A stretch of DNA of 62,741 nucleotides, filler included, from Choristocarpus tenellus KU-1152 (Eukaryota > Protista > Phaeophyceae): the NCBI GenBank assembly GCA_964200185.2. It is 10 parts of 10 records of this genome, joined end to end, with 100 filler letters (N's around TTAATTAATTAA, not from the genome) between each part and the next. Parts side by side here need not be neighbours in the genome. Positions count along the whole stretch, not along the records: positions 1 to 20,574 come from CAXNAD020000388.1; positions 20,675 to 26,524 come from CAXNAD020009598.1; positions 26,625 to 29,327 come from CAXNAD020025488.1; 7 more parts are not named here. The stretch is one strand, 5' to 3'. The notes under the pieces are model-generated. The model searched no databases and was not told the DNA's origin. It worked only from the letters and a program-made list of their open reading frames with translations. This document shows, in pieces, positions 13,619 to 26,862 of the stretch; the stretch's first letter is position 1; every line of letters begins with the position of its first letter. The translations under genes were made by a program, and so were the position numbers.

Positions 13619-13841
13619 CACAGCGCAAAAGGAAAAGAAGACAAATGCTGAATTGTTAGCCTTGATTCGAGTCACCAATGTATCTGGATGGAGAAGTTGA
13701 AGCTGAAGACGACTGAGGAGGATGAGGAGAGTTCGCTGGGGGAGGAGAACACCTATTGCTCCCCCTCCCCCCCTCCCCTGGTGCTGAGGATGATGCACGT
13801 CCCCTTCACCACAAAACCAAAATAAACTCCGTCAATCACTA

Positions 13842-13932
13842 TGCGCCATCAGGGAATCGAACCCAGGCCGCATGTATGGCAATCACGTATTCTAGCACTA
13901 AACTACGTATTCTAGCACTAAACTACTGGCGC
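13842..13932 (-). pseudogene. tRNA-Gly(GCC): tRNA-Gly(GCC) pseudogene or variant with a tandemly duplicated D-arm
   Basis: Minus strand GCGCCAG-TAGTTTAGTGCTAGAATACG (x2)-TGATTGCCATACATG-CGGC-CTGGGTTCGATTCCCTG-ATGGCGCA: acceptor stem, GCC anticodon, T-loop GTTCGATTC and downstream T-rich tract. The exact 20-nt duplication is 13886-13905/13906-13925. Confidence 0.85.
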
Positions 13933-15637
13933 ATTTATATGTATGTCATGAGATAGATGTATGTAAACAATAAAATTAGAGATGGTTGACGACAATGGAC
14001 ATGCCTACTTGATTCTGAAGGAGTCAGAAAATCAGACGCCAACATAAAACCTGTCAGTGAAGCAAGGTGGAGGGGGTGAAGTTTGAAGTTGAGTTTTGAA
14101 TTCGATAGGGATGTTGCGAACTGAATAGGTTCAGGAATGCACCTCCATGGAGAACCTGCATTTAAAAAAAAATGATTGGGTTTTCAGGTTTTAAGGTTTG
14201 GGAGTGAGGTCGAAGTTGTGGTTAAGTGATTTGATCGAATGAAGGTATATGCATTGCCTTACCCTATGTTGTTGTGTTGTGTTCATCTTTGTATTGTTGT
14301 TGACGCAGGGTTGAACATGATCTTCTGTGGTCAGTTTCAGGGTGTACAAGTTGATGGTAGAGAGCAGGAATGACACTCCAGAAGTCCAACATTCAACGCA
14401 CGACTCATTTGTTCACATGATGTGAAAGTATAGGAGATATACAGCATTAGTTGAGCTGTTGCCGATGAAAAGGGAGGATGCAAGCATGAAGCAAACACAC
14501 TCTTTTTAACCACCAAAACCAATATCAACACCGTGGAACTATGGCTTGATCAGCAGGACCACAAGAAATGATATTTCCTGAAAGTGATAACAAGTGCGAA
14601 TAAGCTCCAGGTATATCCTAAGTACCTTTTCCCGAGGTGCAAAAAATCAATGCTCATGCATTGCACACAAGTCAGCAATATCGCAACCTGTAAAATGTTG
14701 TAAGTATGAAGAGAATCAGATAAGATATAGTTATTGATTTGTACTTGATAGTATCTAAATATTAATGGAGGCACTTGCACTTTTTGTGCTCCCCCTGTGG
14801 TATAAATTGTTGTTACTAGTGAAATTATTTGTCTTCATACATGACAACTACAATCTAACTGCTTTTCAGTAGAGCTAATAGATACAACATTTCTATATCA
14901 AATATAAATTATTGTCTTGAAATATATTTAATAAGTATTATTATTACAGTGACATGCCATATAGTATATTCTACAAAGAATTTTTTGTAACATTTGGTGA
15001 CATTTTGTATCTAATAGGTCCACCGTAATGTTCTTCAATCATTCTTGCATATGATTGTTTTTGTCTCACCGGATTTTCGCTTAGGGTTAGGGTTATTGTT
15101 GTCTCTGTGCCATGACCACAATGCAACAAATATCTCTGCTCTCTAGGCATGACCACAATGCTTTCATGCCTTCAACGCCAAATGATTAAAAATACTTCCC
15201 AGACATCCCAACAGTAAATGTTGGAGTTCTCGAGGTCTGTATCACTCCTAGCAGCACCACCTATAACCACAAAAGTGTCTTACCATGTAAAAACTATAAA
15301 ACATTGCTGCTCTACCCAGTGATGGAAATTTCCATCTTATTCCAGCAATCTTAAAACTCCTGAAACAGCTTTCTACCATGTGACACGTGTCTCAATTTAA
15401 ATCTCTCGCTCATATCACCAAATGCCTCTTTTCCTCACTTTCTACATCATAGTTTTTTCCCTAACCCTAAGCAAGAATTACAAAAGGTATTGCCATATAT
15501 CCCTACAAACTAATTCTGCCTGGAAAGCACCTAGTACATTCTTTGCACATATATCGGAATGCGAATTTTTAATGAGGAGTTCAAAATTAATAGGCGGTGC
15601 AAATTGATCATGCAGACCTCATTTACTTCCAATTTTA

Positions 15638-15816
15638 GGCTCAAAGTATCTGGGGGGGTTGGCGGCTGTCCATTTGGGGCTCTTTTTTCCATGTCACGAG
15701 TTTTGGGTGATTTGGTTGGATACGTCAGATGGATAATGTAAGTTTATTTCTCCTGCTCATGGCCCAAATGGACACCCTGGTGTAGAACCCCCCCTCTCCC
15801 CCAGGTACTTTGAGGC
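15638..15816 (+). mobile_element. MITE family B full copy (179 bp), TSD TTA
   Basis: GGCTCAAAGTATCTGGGGGGG...CCCCCAGGTACTTTGAGGC with internal GTCCATTTGGGG / CCCAAATGGAC. TTA on both flanks. Confidence 0.9.
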
Positions 15817-17224
15817 TTAAAACATGATGACCAGCCCAAAGATCTAAATATTTTCTTCTTAAGGTTTTGATATGAAGTATCACTGAAGACAAAATTTGTG
15901 AAAAATTCATTTTTCATATTGGATCTTAGAGTCTGATCATCATATTTCAATGGGAAACAGATAAGCGATGTGCGATCATTTTGACACCTCTCCTAAAAGA
16001 TTTGACTCATCTCCTAAAAGATTTGACTCCTCTCCTGCATAGAAGAACTGAAGAGCATTATTAGCATCTTAGGTGTGTGTAGTAGTAAAAGCGACAAAGC
16101 CCCATACATGAGTATGGTATGCTGTTATTGCATCAGTCAAGCTTCCTCACCTAACAGGCATTTTCCAACCTGACACCAGACCATCCACCATCCATAGAAC
16201 GTCAATTATCATTTCAACTGACTCCTATTACTTGAAACGCTACTCTTTTTTCAAACCTTAAGTGAGGGGACTCTGCACCCACCATACCAACAGATAACTG
16301 ATCACCACAGGCGAGTGAGAACTCGGTGGATAAACAGAATGTCAAGGTGGGACAGTGTTCCAGCGTATTACGTATGAAATTATTCCTTTTACAATCCCTA
16401 TGTGCCAAACAGATAGATGGTCATTGGTACATCAAGATCCAGCCCTTCAGCAGGGGCCAGCGGGGATTGTTCAACAAGCTCTTGTTTCAAGTCATGCTTT
16501 TCCTTAGCGAGCATCATATCATGAGAGATCTGCTTGATCCAGGTGGAGGTGCCCGATGGATAAGGAGGGTAGACAACCCAGGTCATGATATCATCCAGGA
16601 CTTCAGGTGCAGGATACTTTCTTTTTCTTTTTTCTTTTTTTTGGGGGGGGGTTGACTATGTGCTAATGTGCTTATGGAAGCCAGAAAGTGGATGTTGGAA
16701 GGGGTGCGGAGATGGAGGTAAAACATGTCAATATCAGTAATGGTTGAGATCAGTAATGGTTGAGATCAATAATAGTCAGGATCAATAATAGTCAGGATCA
16801 ATAATAGTCAGGATCAGGATCAACATTAGGTTGCGCAAGAGCTCCAGGGGGAAAATTCGTTTCAACGGAAATGCCCAGTTTGTTTCCAATGCGACACACA
16901 GGGTTAGGGTTAGGGATTCTGCTGGTGTGTTGCAGACTCCAGAGTAGAAATGTAACTGCCATATGGTGTTATCTAGCATATTGAAGAAGTCTTTGCTGGT
17001 GACATCTTCATACTGCCCCATCTGGGCATGTGGTTTGTTCTTGGATATGGTGGTATGGGAGAGTGTGTGTAGCTCTGCACAGTAGAAAACACTTATCTAT
17101 TTTAGTAAGGGAAAAATACATTGGATTTTTGGAGTTCAGAGCAATAGTAAACAAGAGCCAGGGTTGAACTTTGAGGATGCGGAAAATTGTGCAACTTTGT
17201 ACAGGGACTTTCCCGATATGTGCT

Positions 17225-17404
17225 GGATCAAAGTATCTGGGGGGGGAGGTGACGGCTGTCCATTCGGGGCCCATTTTTCCATGTCGCGATTTTTGGATGA
17301 TTTGGTTGCATGTGTTGGATGGATAATGGAAGTTCACTTCTCCTTGTCATGGTCCAAATGGACTCCCTGGTGTAGATACTCCCCCCCCCCCAATACTTTG
17401 AGCC
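17225..17404 (+). mobile_element. MITE family B full copy (180 bp), TSD TGCT
   Basis: GGATCAAAGTATCTGGGGGGG...CCCCAATACTTTGAGCC. TGCT at 17221-17224 and 17405-17408. Confidence 0.9.
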
Positions 17405-18913
17405 TGCTGAAATTTTCAAAAAATAGATAAATCAATGTTCTGAAGTCAATCTGAGCACTTCATCCATAGAAATAATAATAAGGGCCAATTGAAAAAGAAA
17501 AAAATGAATTGCAAAAGGAAAAAAATATCATTTGAATAAAAAAAAATGAATAACAAAAGAAGAAAAACCGTAGGGTTAGTGTTAGTTTACTGTGAGTGTC
17601 AAGATTGGTCGAGGAGGAAAAGGATGTCAGTGAGAGTGAGAAATTCAAAGTGTGCTAAACTAACTACATCAACACTTCACCTAGGACACATAAGACGGCA
17701 CGAATATGGTCGAGAATGGGCTCTTTCTTTGATAGTTGTGCATCCTTTTGCTGGAAAGATACACTACGACTTGAACCTAGGTTTGGTGCAAACAAAGCAC
17801 AACATCAACAAAAGGACTACACAAGGAAACCTGGTGAAGCTCTGGTCCTTTCAAAAGTACCTGGTCCTTTCTCCTTAGCTATGTGTACTTGTGATCTCCG
17901 TAGCACAGAATTATCTTTGAAGGCCTCACCATTTGTTCTACTGAACCAGTTTAGGGTTAGGGATATAAACACCTCCCAATGCCGTTCTGGTCACTGGTTA
18001 TTGCCATCATACAGGGAACTTGCGGGACGGAAGGTGCCCCAAAGGGAGGCTAAGGGATTGTCTGTTCGAGCTATGATAGCAGAGCTCAAAGACCAGGGCT
18101 TGACAATGAATATATTTCAAGTGTACCTGCTGGAATATCTCAACCTCAACAAAAGGTACGCCATCCCAACAGAGCATCACACGTTACAGTGTAGTTTGAG
18201 AATAAATATGATAATACTATGAATACAATAATACTATGACAATATTATCAATATCATATTATTATCATAATATTATGAATATGATAGTACAATGATAATA
18301 CTATGAATACTGTAGTACAGTATGTTCAACAGATGAAAGGTATACATAAAGAGCATAGCGGAGAGGGAGAGACACCCAGGTTATAGAGTTAGGGTCAGGG
18401 TTAGTGTTTCATTTTGCTGCTTGCACATCATCCCTTTATATCCCCTGAGCAATTTGTGTTGATGGTTATGGATGCTTCTTTGTTGTTCCTCATGATACTA
18501 TTCAAATTCATATTCAAGAATCAAAGGTTGTCACAACAAGGAAGACATCAACTTAACACCCCTCTTACTACTTAATATAGTGCATCTGGTTGGTTAAATA
18601 TTGTTTGGAAATACTCTGAAATGTTTCAGTGATACATATGTGCTACTACATACATCAAGTACACACTACTCCCAAGTACTACCATTTATGTGTGGTCAAT
18701 AACCAACGATCAGGTATGGTAAGGTGTTCCCTATAGCTCAACTGCCTCATTGTCAGTAGTAGGTGGGCTAGCTTCACTAGTATGTGAGGAACCTGTTCCT
18801 AGTGCAGCATAAGATTTTTCACCTTGTTGTATAATTGAAATACAGCATTAAACAGTAGATGGGGCATGTGCAGGATGTTGGACAAAAGGTTTTTCCTTGC
18901 AGATGCAATGTCG

Positions 18914-19101
18914 AAACTGAATACATTACATTATCAAAACTGAATACATTACACTATCAAAACTGAATACATTACATTATCAAAACTGAATACATCACAT
19001 TATCAAAACTGAATACATTACATTATCAAAACTGAATACATTACATTATCAAAACTGAATACATTACATTGTCAAAACTGAATACATTACATTGTCAAAA
19101 C
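18914..19101. repeat. Minisatellite, 23-bp unit AAAACTGAATACATTACATTATC x ~8
   Basis: Near-identical head-to-tail units with no spacers. Confidence 0.95.
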
Positions 19102-20114
19102 AAGCTCCACTCCAATGCTTGTTTCTAGTACCATCCAAGGGAATAGCATCAATGATCAATTATCAATTTCAGACTATTGTGTTGACACTAAACTGACATC
19201 CCACTGTGTGCATCATATAAGCAATGAATAAGTTCAACCCAAAGCAAAGGCACAACTGTGGTATCTCTTTATTGGTTCACAAAGACATACTTAAACAAGA
19301 TTCAGTTGGAACAACCATAGGTGTCACTTAGAGTTAGGGTTGAAGGGGTCAACAATAGTGCAGCTCCCAAGGTGTTGGGCACCTCTGCTCGAGGGTGTAT
19401 CATATTTATCAGGGGTCTTTTGACGATTTCCACTATGTTTATAACATCAATTGGTACTACTCAATATTTGCAATAGAGACCGTGTAACTGTTGCTAGAAA
19501 CAAATATATATATATATATATTGATTGCTGTAGCTGTTCCTAAGTCAGGACAATAAAAGATGTTGTCAGGACAAAACCCACAAAAACGACCAAGATATAC
19601 GAAAAAACAGCCATTCACTACTCAGCATTTATTGTGCTCTTTCTTTTTCCTTACCTAACCCTAACCCTAACCCTAAGTCAACTTTATGAAGGCGCACAGC
19701 TTGTGACAGTTTCAAAAATGGAGAAAAATAATGCTGTCACCACCCGCAAATATTGGCAGCCGCCCAATCAAAGGCACTTATTTATTTCAGGGTGATCCAA
19801 TCAGAGAACTAAATTCATGCAAAAAAAAACATGTGCGAAATTGATAAATAAATTCAAAGAATGTTCTTCTTTGCCCTACTCCCACAAAGAAGCAGTTCAC
19901 TCAGCCAAATTATATACCTCTGCTCAACTCTGCAATAGAGATAGGTAGGAGTCCTTGTATCTGCCTTCAGAACAACCCTAACCCTAAAAAGACCTGTGAA
20001 AATAACTGTAAGGGTGCATCTGTATGAGATACAAAAATAGGGCATACACCATATTATTATTATTATTAGACATTTTCTTCTTTTTCTCTTCCAGTATTAT
20101 TTTTTCTTTGTTTA

Positions 20115-20415
20115 GTGAATGACAGAATGCTAACCCTAACCTTAACCCAGTTATTTTTTGGAGATATGTTAGAGATGTCCGACTAGAAAGTATGGTTAGG
20201 GTGAGGGTTAGGGTTAGGGTTGGGGTTAGGGTTAGGGTGAGGGTTAGGCTTATTCAATGCGAAATGCGCTCCAAGTGAAAGACAGAATGCTAACCCTAAC
20301 CCTAACCTTAATTCAGTTATTTTTTGGAGATATGTTAGAGATGTCCGGCTAGAAAGTATGGTTAGGGTTAGGGTTAGGGTGAGGGATAGGCTTATCCAAT
20401 GCGAAATGCGCTCCA
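20115..20415. repeat. ~160-bp tandem duplication, each unit with opposed (CCCTAA)n and (TTAGGG)n tracts
   Basis: Unit GACAGAATGCTAACCCTAACC..AGTTATTTTTTGGAGATATGTTAGAGATGTCCG.CTAGAAAGTATGG(TTAGGG)n..GCTTAT.CAATGCGAAATGCGCTCCA, starting at 20121 and 20281. Confidence 0.92.
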
Positions 20416-20519
20416 TTTTGTCCTGCTCAACTGAAAAGGTTGTTAATTTGTGCAGTTTGGAAAGTCCAGCTTTGCTCGACACATATTTTTTATTGTTATT
20501 ATTATTACTACTATTATTA

Positions 20520-20553
<34 letters not shown>

Positions 20554-20574
20554 GGGTCAAAGTTTCTTGGGGGG
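20554..20574. mobile_element. MITE family B/C terminal fragment at contig end
   Basis: GGGTCAAAGTTTCTTGGGGGG directly before the spacer, preceded by a (TTA)n microsatellite (~20488-20553). Confidence 0.65.
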
Positions 20575-20674
20575 NNNNNNNNNNNNNNNNNNNNNNNNNN
20601 NNNNNNNNNNNNNNNNNNTTAATTAATTAANNNNNNNNNNNNNNNNNNNNNNNNNNNNNNNNNNNNNNNNNNNN
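20575..20674. other. Artificial contig-joining spacer N44-TTAATTAATTAA-N44 (first of nine)
   Basis: Identical 100-nt spacers at 20575-20674, 26525-26624, 29328-29427, 34460-34559, 37701-37800, 40504-40603, 47502-47601, 51697-51796 and 57257-57356. TTAATTAATTAA places stops in all six frames. Genes are cut at these points. Confidence 0.98.
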
Positions 20675-20927
20675 AAGGGCAAAAACAAGGATTTTCCAGG
20701 AAAAAAGGGAAGAGGTGTCCCCCCCCCCCCCCCCCCCCCCCCCCTCTCCTCCAAAAAAAAAAAGAAGTGGTTTTGGCGTTGCTGCTTCCTATGTGGAATA
20801 AAAAATCCAAGAGATAGACAAAAGAAATTGGGAGGTGCGCAATAAATATCTGGTAGGAGGTCCACCGTAATTTTTTGTGTTGTTCATGTTTATGTTCTGT
20901 TGTGTCTGTTTTTGTGTTGATCGACAG

Positions 20928-23900
20928 GTTTCTCACTCAGCGCTCTGCTGGGGGAATCACGGGTCTAGAGGATAAAGTGGTGAAGTCTTCCCCAATCTTG
21001 GAATCTTTTGGAAATGCCAAGACCCTGCGGAACAACAACTCGTCTCGGTTTGGGAAGTTCCTCAAGCTGCAGTTCTCTGGGGAGAAGTACTGCCTAGCTG
21101 GATCGTTCATAGAGACCTATCTCCTGGAGAAGTCTCGCGTGCTCTCTCAGGGACAGGTGGGGCCGGTCGATTGGTTTTGCGACAGGCTTGTGTTTCTTCT
21201 TGGGCTTCAGTTTGGTGTGTATTAGGGTTAGATTTTAGTTTCGGCTATGCTGGGAAGCAGATAGTTGTTGTTATCCTTGTACCACTGACTGAGTGCAAGC
21301 AAATGCTACAAATTATGAGTACTAAGTTAAGGCCGGAGTAGAAATCTTCCCCAACTTTGTAGTGTACTGCTTATCAGTTAGTGGTGTGTGCTACAGTACA
21401 GCTATGCGGAACAGAGATGGGAAATACAATGTGTCTGAGGCCCCTTCTTACGGACAAAGAGGATCAAGTCAGCACTTTTAGTCTTTGTGAAAGGTGTTGG
21501 ACCTTTGCCAATTTGATTTAGCAGTGACAAATGGTGAGATGTTTTCTTTGGTCAGCAGTAGCTCTGATTAATAGTCCTCATGGTTTTATCACTATACATG
21601 AGTGATGCATGTTGGTATGCTTGCTTGGCAGATCCCTTGTATAGGAGACTTTTTTTCTTGGGTCACTCCCGCCTCTTGATTGCAAAACCTTTTAGTGCGT
21701 AAGTGTTGATTTTGTGGCTACATTTTGCTATTGGTGTGTTTGTCTCATGTCATGTCTCATGTCGTGTCTCATGTCATATCTCATGTCATGTCTCATGTCA
21801 TGTCTCATGTCATGTCTCATCTCAGGGCGAGCGTAACTTCCACATCCTCTATGAACTTGTTGCTGGGGGAGCACTCTCCGATTTGGCCACCACGCTCAAG
21901 GTGATGAAGTGTTTCTGTTTTTACTTTTGGCATCTACAGGTGAAGCCATTTTTTTTTTTTGAGATTCAGCGTCAAGGCAGACACAGTAGTAGGGATTTCT
22001 AGAAGACTTTTAATTCAATTGAAATGTCTCAGGTCATGTGTTTCTTTGCCAAAAGCTGATATCAATTGTGTCATCGATTCCTGCTTTGTCATTGCTTCCT
22101 GGTTCACACCCATAGAAGAGACCTGTCATAGCACTACTGTAGAGGTGTGCCAGTGCTTCTCATAGCTCTGCAAATAGGAACATTTTTGTAGGAAGCAGAT
22201 TATTGGTTATTTGGATGTTTGGTCATGTCAGCTGTATGGGAATGTTTTTTTTGTGCAACGAGTCTCCCCTCCTAATTGAAGGAGTGTGTTTGACCAACTC
22301 CTGTGTTCAATTGTGTACACATCAGTGTCTGTATGCTGCCCCCTTGCCAGCAAATCGACAGGAGTGTTGGAATGGGGTTTTCATGGTGCAAGAGGCGTGG
22401 ATAGGCTTCTCTTTCTGTGTTTATTTGAGTTGCGCTCGTGGCAGAAGGTGTTGAATATATGTTTTTTTTTTCATAGCGCTTTGGTCAAACATTGACACTT
22501 GACATTATAAAGAGAGGATAGGTTTACATGTGTATGCCTAAGCTGTTACTATGTTTTTACAGTTACGGTGGAAAGTTATCTTTTTTTTTAGAGAGCCTTT
22601 GAAAGAACTGACGGACGGGTGGTTGTCCTAGTTGAGCTGTATTGAGAAAATGTTGACAAAATTATATTTAATATTATATTTTTGTTGCTGGAAAAATATA
22701 CCATGTTTTCCTACAATGTCTCCCATCCACCTCCCACCCTTCTCACTTTTCCAAGCATTTTTTTTTTTGGTTTTGTAGGTGGTCCTAGCCCCTCCAATGA
22801 TGATATCAACTGAAGCGTTTATTAATGTTTTTGTTGTGATTGGCTTGATTTGCTATTGATGATGTCTTTGCTGTCTCCTGACAGCTGGATGGCCCTGAGT
22901 CGTACAGTATCTTGTCGAAGAATGGATGTGTCACCTTGCCAGGTGTGGATGATGCTGAGCAGTTTGCAGCGGTGCAAAAGGCATTTGGCACTATTGGATT
23001 GGATGCAGAAACTCAAATGCAGGTAGGTGCAAAAGTGTTGTTTTTGCAGACTAGTGTAAGTGAAGATGGTACAACTGCAGGATACTGTGATATTTTCCAT
23101 GGGATCGTTGAGTTGGAGGGGTTATGTTTTTATGTGTACATTGCTCTCTTTTTTGCAACAACTGAGGGATAATAATTGGCTGTTTCATGGAGTCTGCTCT
23201 GGACATAACATGTCTTTTTGGGTTGGGATGAGGAATTGTCGCTAGTTGTCGCTAAGGTGTCTTTTGCAATGTGGAGTTTTGGAATTATTTGGTTTTGGTT
23301 AGTGTTAGTGTTGGCGTTGGTGTGATTAAGATTATTGATTGGCTAATGTGCAGTGATGGATTGTTGTTGACAACTCTTGGTTGTGAGTGATTATTACCCC
23401 TTTTGTCAATTCTTTGTGTTTCCTAACTATTTTTTTGGTTACGTCTAGGTGACTTTTGTTTAGTTTTTATTTAGTTCACCTTGAACTTTTGTCGGAAACG
23501 CTTTTTTTTTGTGGTTCTGTGTGAATAAAAGGTGTGGAAAATTCTTGCAGCGGTGCTGCACCTGTCCAAGTTTGAACTGGGGAAGATGGACCATGAGCAG
23601 GGGGAAGTGGCTACGGTTGCAGATGAAGAGGTGAGACCATGAGAAAATATGTTGTACACATTTTTTGCAATAGCTTCAGAGTACTATATCATTAGTATTG
23701 TTACTTTAGTGTTGTATTATAAGTGCACTGTTGCGGGAGGTGTTAACTAGAGTCGTACTTCACATACCGTACTTCACATACACATGAACTACTTAAGTGA
23801 GACAATGCATTGGAGAGTGTGTAGAGGTTGACATTCATTCATCTTCCTGTGATGATTTGTCTGGTTTGTGACTCTCCGGCGGTGAAGGCAATGTGTGATT

Positions 23901-26161
23901 GTTGGGTGGGAGGTTTTCTGGTAGGTGTGGGCAGCTGATGGGTCACATGTCAATTATTTTCTTGTAGTTTTTTTGAAGCTCACGGTGTCTATCTTGCACA
24001 CTGCTGATGTATGTAAGATTGATAGAGTTTCTTGTATAAAGATTATGTTCAAATTAGTCAGTTGTCATGCTGAAGTTGCCAAACCTGTGATATGTGATGA
24101 ATGTGATGAATGTGATGTATGTGATGTATGTGATGTATTTGATGTATTTGATTAAATTTGTGTTGACAGAGGTTACAGAGGTTACAGAGGTTACAGAAGT
24201 TCGTGTTGTCCTGGAGATATGTTATGACCTTTGTGGATGTCGTGGTTTTTGTCACCCTTATTGATGGATTATGACATAAGTGCCTTGGAAATAGATAGTA
24301 GATGAAGCAGCTGGTAATAGCGATAGTATGAAGTGGGTCTGTTGTGCTGATGAAAAGCGCTGGTGTGTTCATTTCCATCATTTGTTGATTCAGGGGCTAG
24401 GGGTTTCTATCAGGGAGTGCTCCAGAGCTTCTCCCAGTGCACGCTCATCAAATATTACTTAGGTGCCAATTGTTGTATCATATCAACCTTTCGGTTCTCT
24501 TTCCTACTATGTCCTACTGTGATCTAACATATCACAAATTACTATTGCATCACTGCTAAAGGCTGATTAGTGTCACACCCTTTGGAAAGAGGTTCTTGTG
24601 TAGTTTTTGATATAGCCCTGGTCTAGCCTTATGGTCATGCGTAGCTGCTATGGTACTACCACACAGGTTCCTCACTGGGGTAATCTCCTTGCCACAACTC
24701 TGTGTAAATTCACTCTACATTCCTTTGCAGACATGATGTCCTTCAGACCAATGTTATGCACAAAATACCGCACAAGGTAGACTTCACTCTCACTTCTTAT
24801 ATGATGCGTGCTATCGATTGCGGGTGCTGTTTCAAATTCATATTACTTTTCTAAAATTGTGCTTGTGCAGGCATTGGCACACCTGGCCTTCCTCCTGGGT
24901 GTCACAGGTGACTCACTTAAGTCACTGCTGACTCAACGTGTAGTGAAAACCAGGGGAGAAGTGTTTACGAAGCTTTATGGAATGCAAGAAGCAACACGTG
25001 TACGTGATGCTGTTGTGAAGGCTCTGTACCAGGTGTGACAGATCGACGAAATCAACTTGTCCGTGGAATGCAGTTGTCGCAATAGGTTGGATGCAAGGTA
25101 ATGTGTGATGTCTGCACATTGAAAATATCTTCCATTGTTACGTTTCTCTTGAGGCACTCTCAGCCTGCCCCCCGAACTTGTTCTTTCGTTGCAAGTCCAT
25201 TGCAAACCAAACTCTTGCAACATCGTGTGCAAGCAGTTGGAGTATGTTTGGAGGTGATTGGGGGATGATCTTCCCGTAGATGGGACAAGACTAAGTTGTC
25301 AAGGGACACCATGGAGTGTTTTGCGTGGTTGTAGTGGTTCAGAAGTTGTATCTTTTGTGTTGTGAGGATTAGAACCATTTGTAGAGGCAGGGCATGCAGT
25401 AGGAGTATCTTTGGTTGCCCGATGTTGACAACTTGTACTAAGCTATGCTTGTGGATAATTGTTGTGACTTTTTTGGAAGGCGATGTTCAGGTGGGTTGTG
25501 ATGGTCATCAACGTTTCCTTAGGCAAAGGTCCAGAGAGTCTACCTTTCATTGGTGTGCTGGATATTTTTGGTGAGTTTGATGGATTTTTTTGCTTATGGT
25601 TGGGTTGACTGATCAAGCAGGTTTCAGTGCTGCATGGTGATTTTTTTCTGGTTGGTGTTGGTTTATTAATTGCACTGATTTCTTGTGATTGTTGTGATAG
25701 GTATCATGGGTGAGATGTCCTTGACCAGTGTTTAAACCTTATGACTTTCAGTAGGTTGGACAACCAGTTTAGTGGTATCATCTGTACCATACGCTAAACA
25801 ATATGCTAATTACCAAGGTATGGTGGTAGTAAAACTGCTTGTTGAGGATATCAAGGATAGGCATAAGAGTCGGTGGTCAGTTGCAGTCATGTTAGTTGTG
25901 TTATGAGGTTTTCTATTCAAGCTTTTGTTGGTTCATACATACTCCATTGTCTGCCTACCACTAATAGAAAGGATTGCTACCTATAACTCAGAATCAAGTG
26001 TCTTCGAAACCTCTTGTTATTGATAATCACATCTCACTTTGTCCTGGTGTAAAATGTTGTGTTGTTTGTCAGGGTTTGAGAACTTTGACCACGGGAACGA
26101 GTACGAGCAGCTGCTGATCAACTACACCAATGAGAGCCTGCAGGATACCTTCAACAAGCAG
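20928..26161 (+). CDS. Myosin motor domain, internal fragment (7 exons)
   Basis: Exons 20928-21156, 21826-21900, 22885-23022, 23532-23630, 24871-25032, 25480-25570, 26073-26161 join in phase. Motifs: [20 protein letters not shown] (switch I), [27 protein letters not shown] (switch II), [13 protein letters not shown]. Confidence 0.97.
21742..21820. repeat. 12-bp tandem repeat (CATGTCTCATGT)n abutting a myosin splice acceptor
   Basis: About 6.5 units ending 5 nt before the exon at 21826. Confidence 0.9.
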
Positions 26162-26624
26162 GTAGATCGATATCATGGTGTCATTTTGTTGACTGGCTGT
26201 GGAGCAGGTCCAAGGTCTTGTTTAAGGAAGTAGTTTGGTGATACACACCTTGCCATTCTTTAGGCTCGTGAAACAGTCACCTTTTTCTTTTGTGAGTATT
26301 GTATTCTTCAAGTATTGAAGATCAACAGGGACATACTGCACACTGTTAATTAGCATATATATACACGCAGGACATCTTTTAGGTTTGAGTTTTTTTTTTT
26401 GAGTGATGGTATGATTGTACTGTGTCTCTTGCACCTGAAGTTCGTGTTTGGGCCACAACTATATGTTTTCTTTTTGAAATGATGTAATTCTTGTTCCATG
26501 TGGGGGGGAGGAGGGGGGGGTGTTNNNNNNNNNNNNNNNNNNNNNNNNNNNNNNNNNNNNNNNNNNNNTTAATTAATTAANNNNNNNNNNNNNNNNNNNN
26601 NNNNNNNNNNNNNNNNNNNNNNNN

Positions 26625-26696
26625 CACCATAAAAGTAAAAATTGAAAAAAGGGTGAAAAACGGACGCCGACACCCCCCCCCCAGATACTTTGATCC
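26625..26696. mobile_element. MITE family C terminal fragment at contig start
   Basis: AAAAAAGGGTGAAAAACGGACGCCGACACCCCCCCCCCAGATACTTTGATCC has the same terminus as family B but a different interior, matching 9760-9821. Confidence 0.75.
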
Positions 26697-26862
26697 AATT
26701 AGCCCCAGTCAAAATGCAAAATTATTTCAGATCCCTGTCAGGGTGACAACCAGTTACCAGTTTCACTACTTGCCCTCCCTCCCTCTATGTCTCCCTCCCT
26801 CCAGCATCCAACCTCACCTGATGCTTTGACTTCTCCTGCCCTGTTATGGACCATCATTGTAG

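Noticed and set aside
14190-18900. Possible minus-strand gene (exon-like pieces near 16400-16600, 16930-17020, 17680-17880)
   Set aside because: The pieces could not be joined in phase without stops and have no recognisable motif. They may be a decayed gene.
18914-19101. 23-bp repeat array as a CRISPR
   Set aside because: Units are contiguous with no unique spacers, there are no cas genes and the context is eukaryotic.
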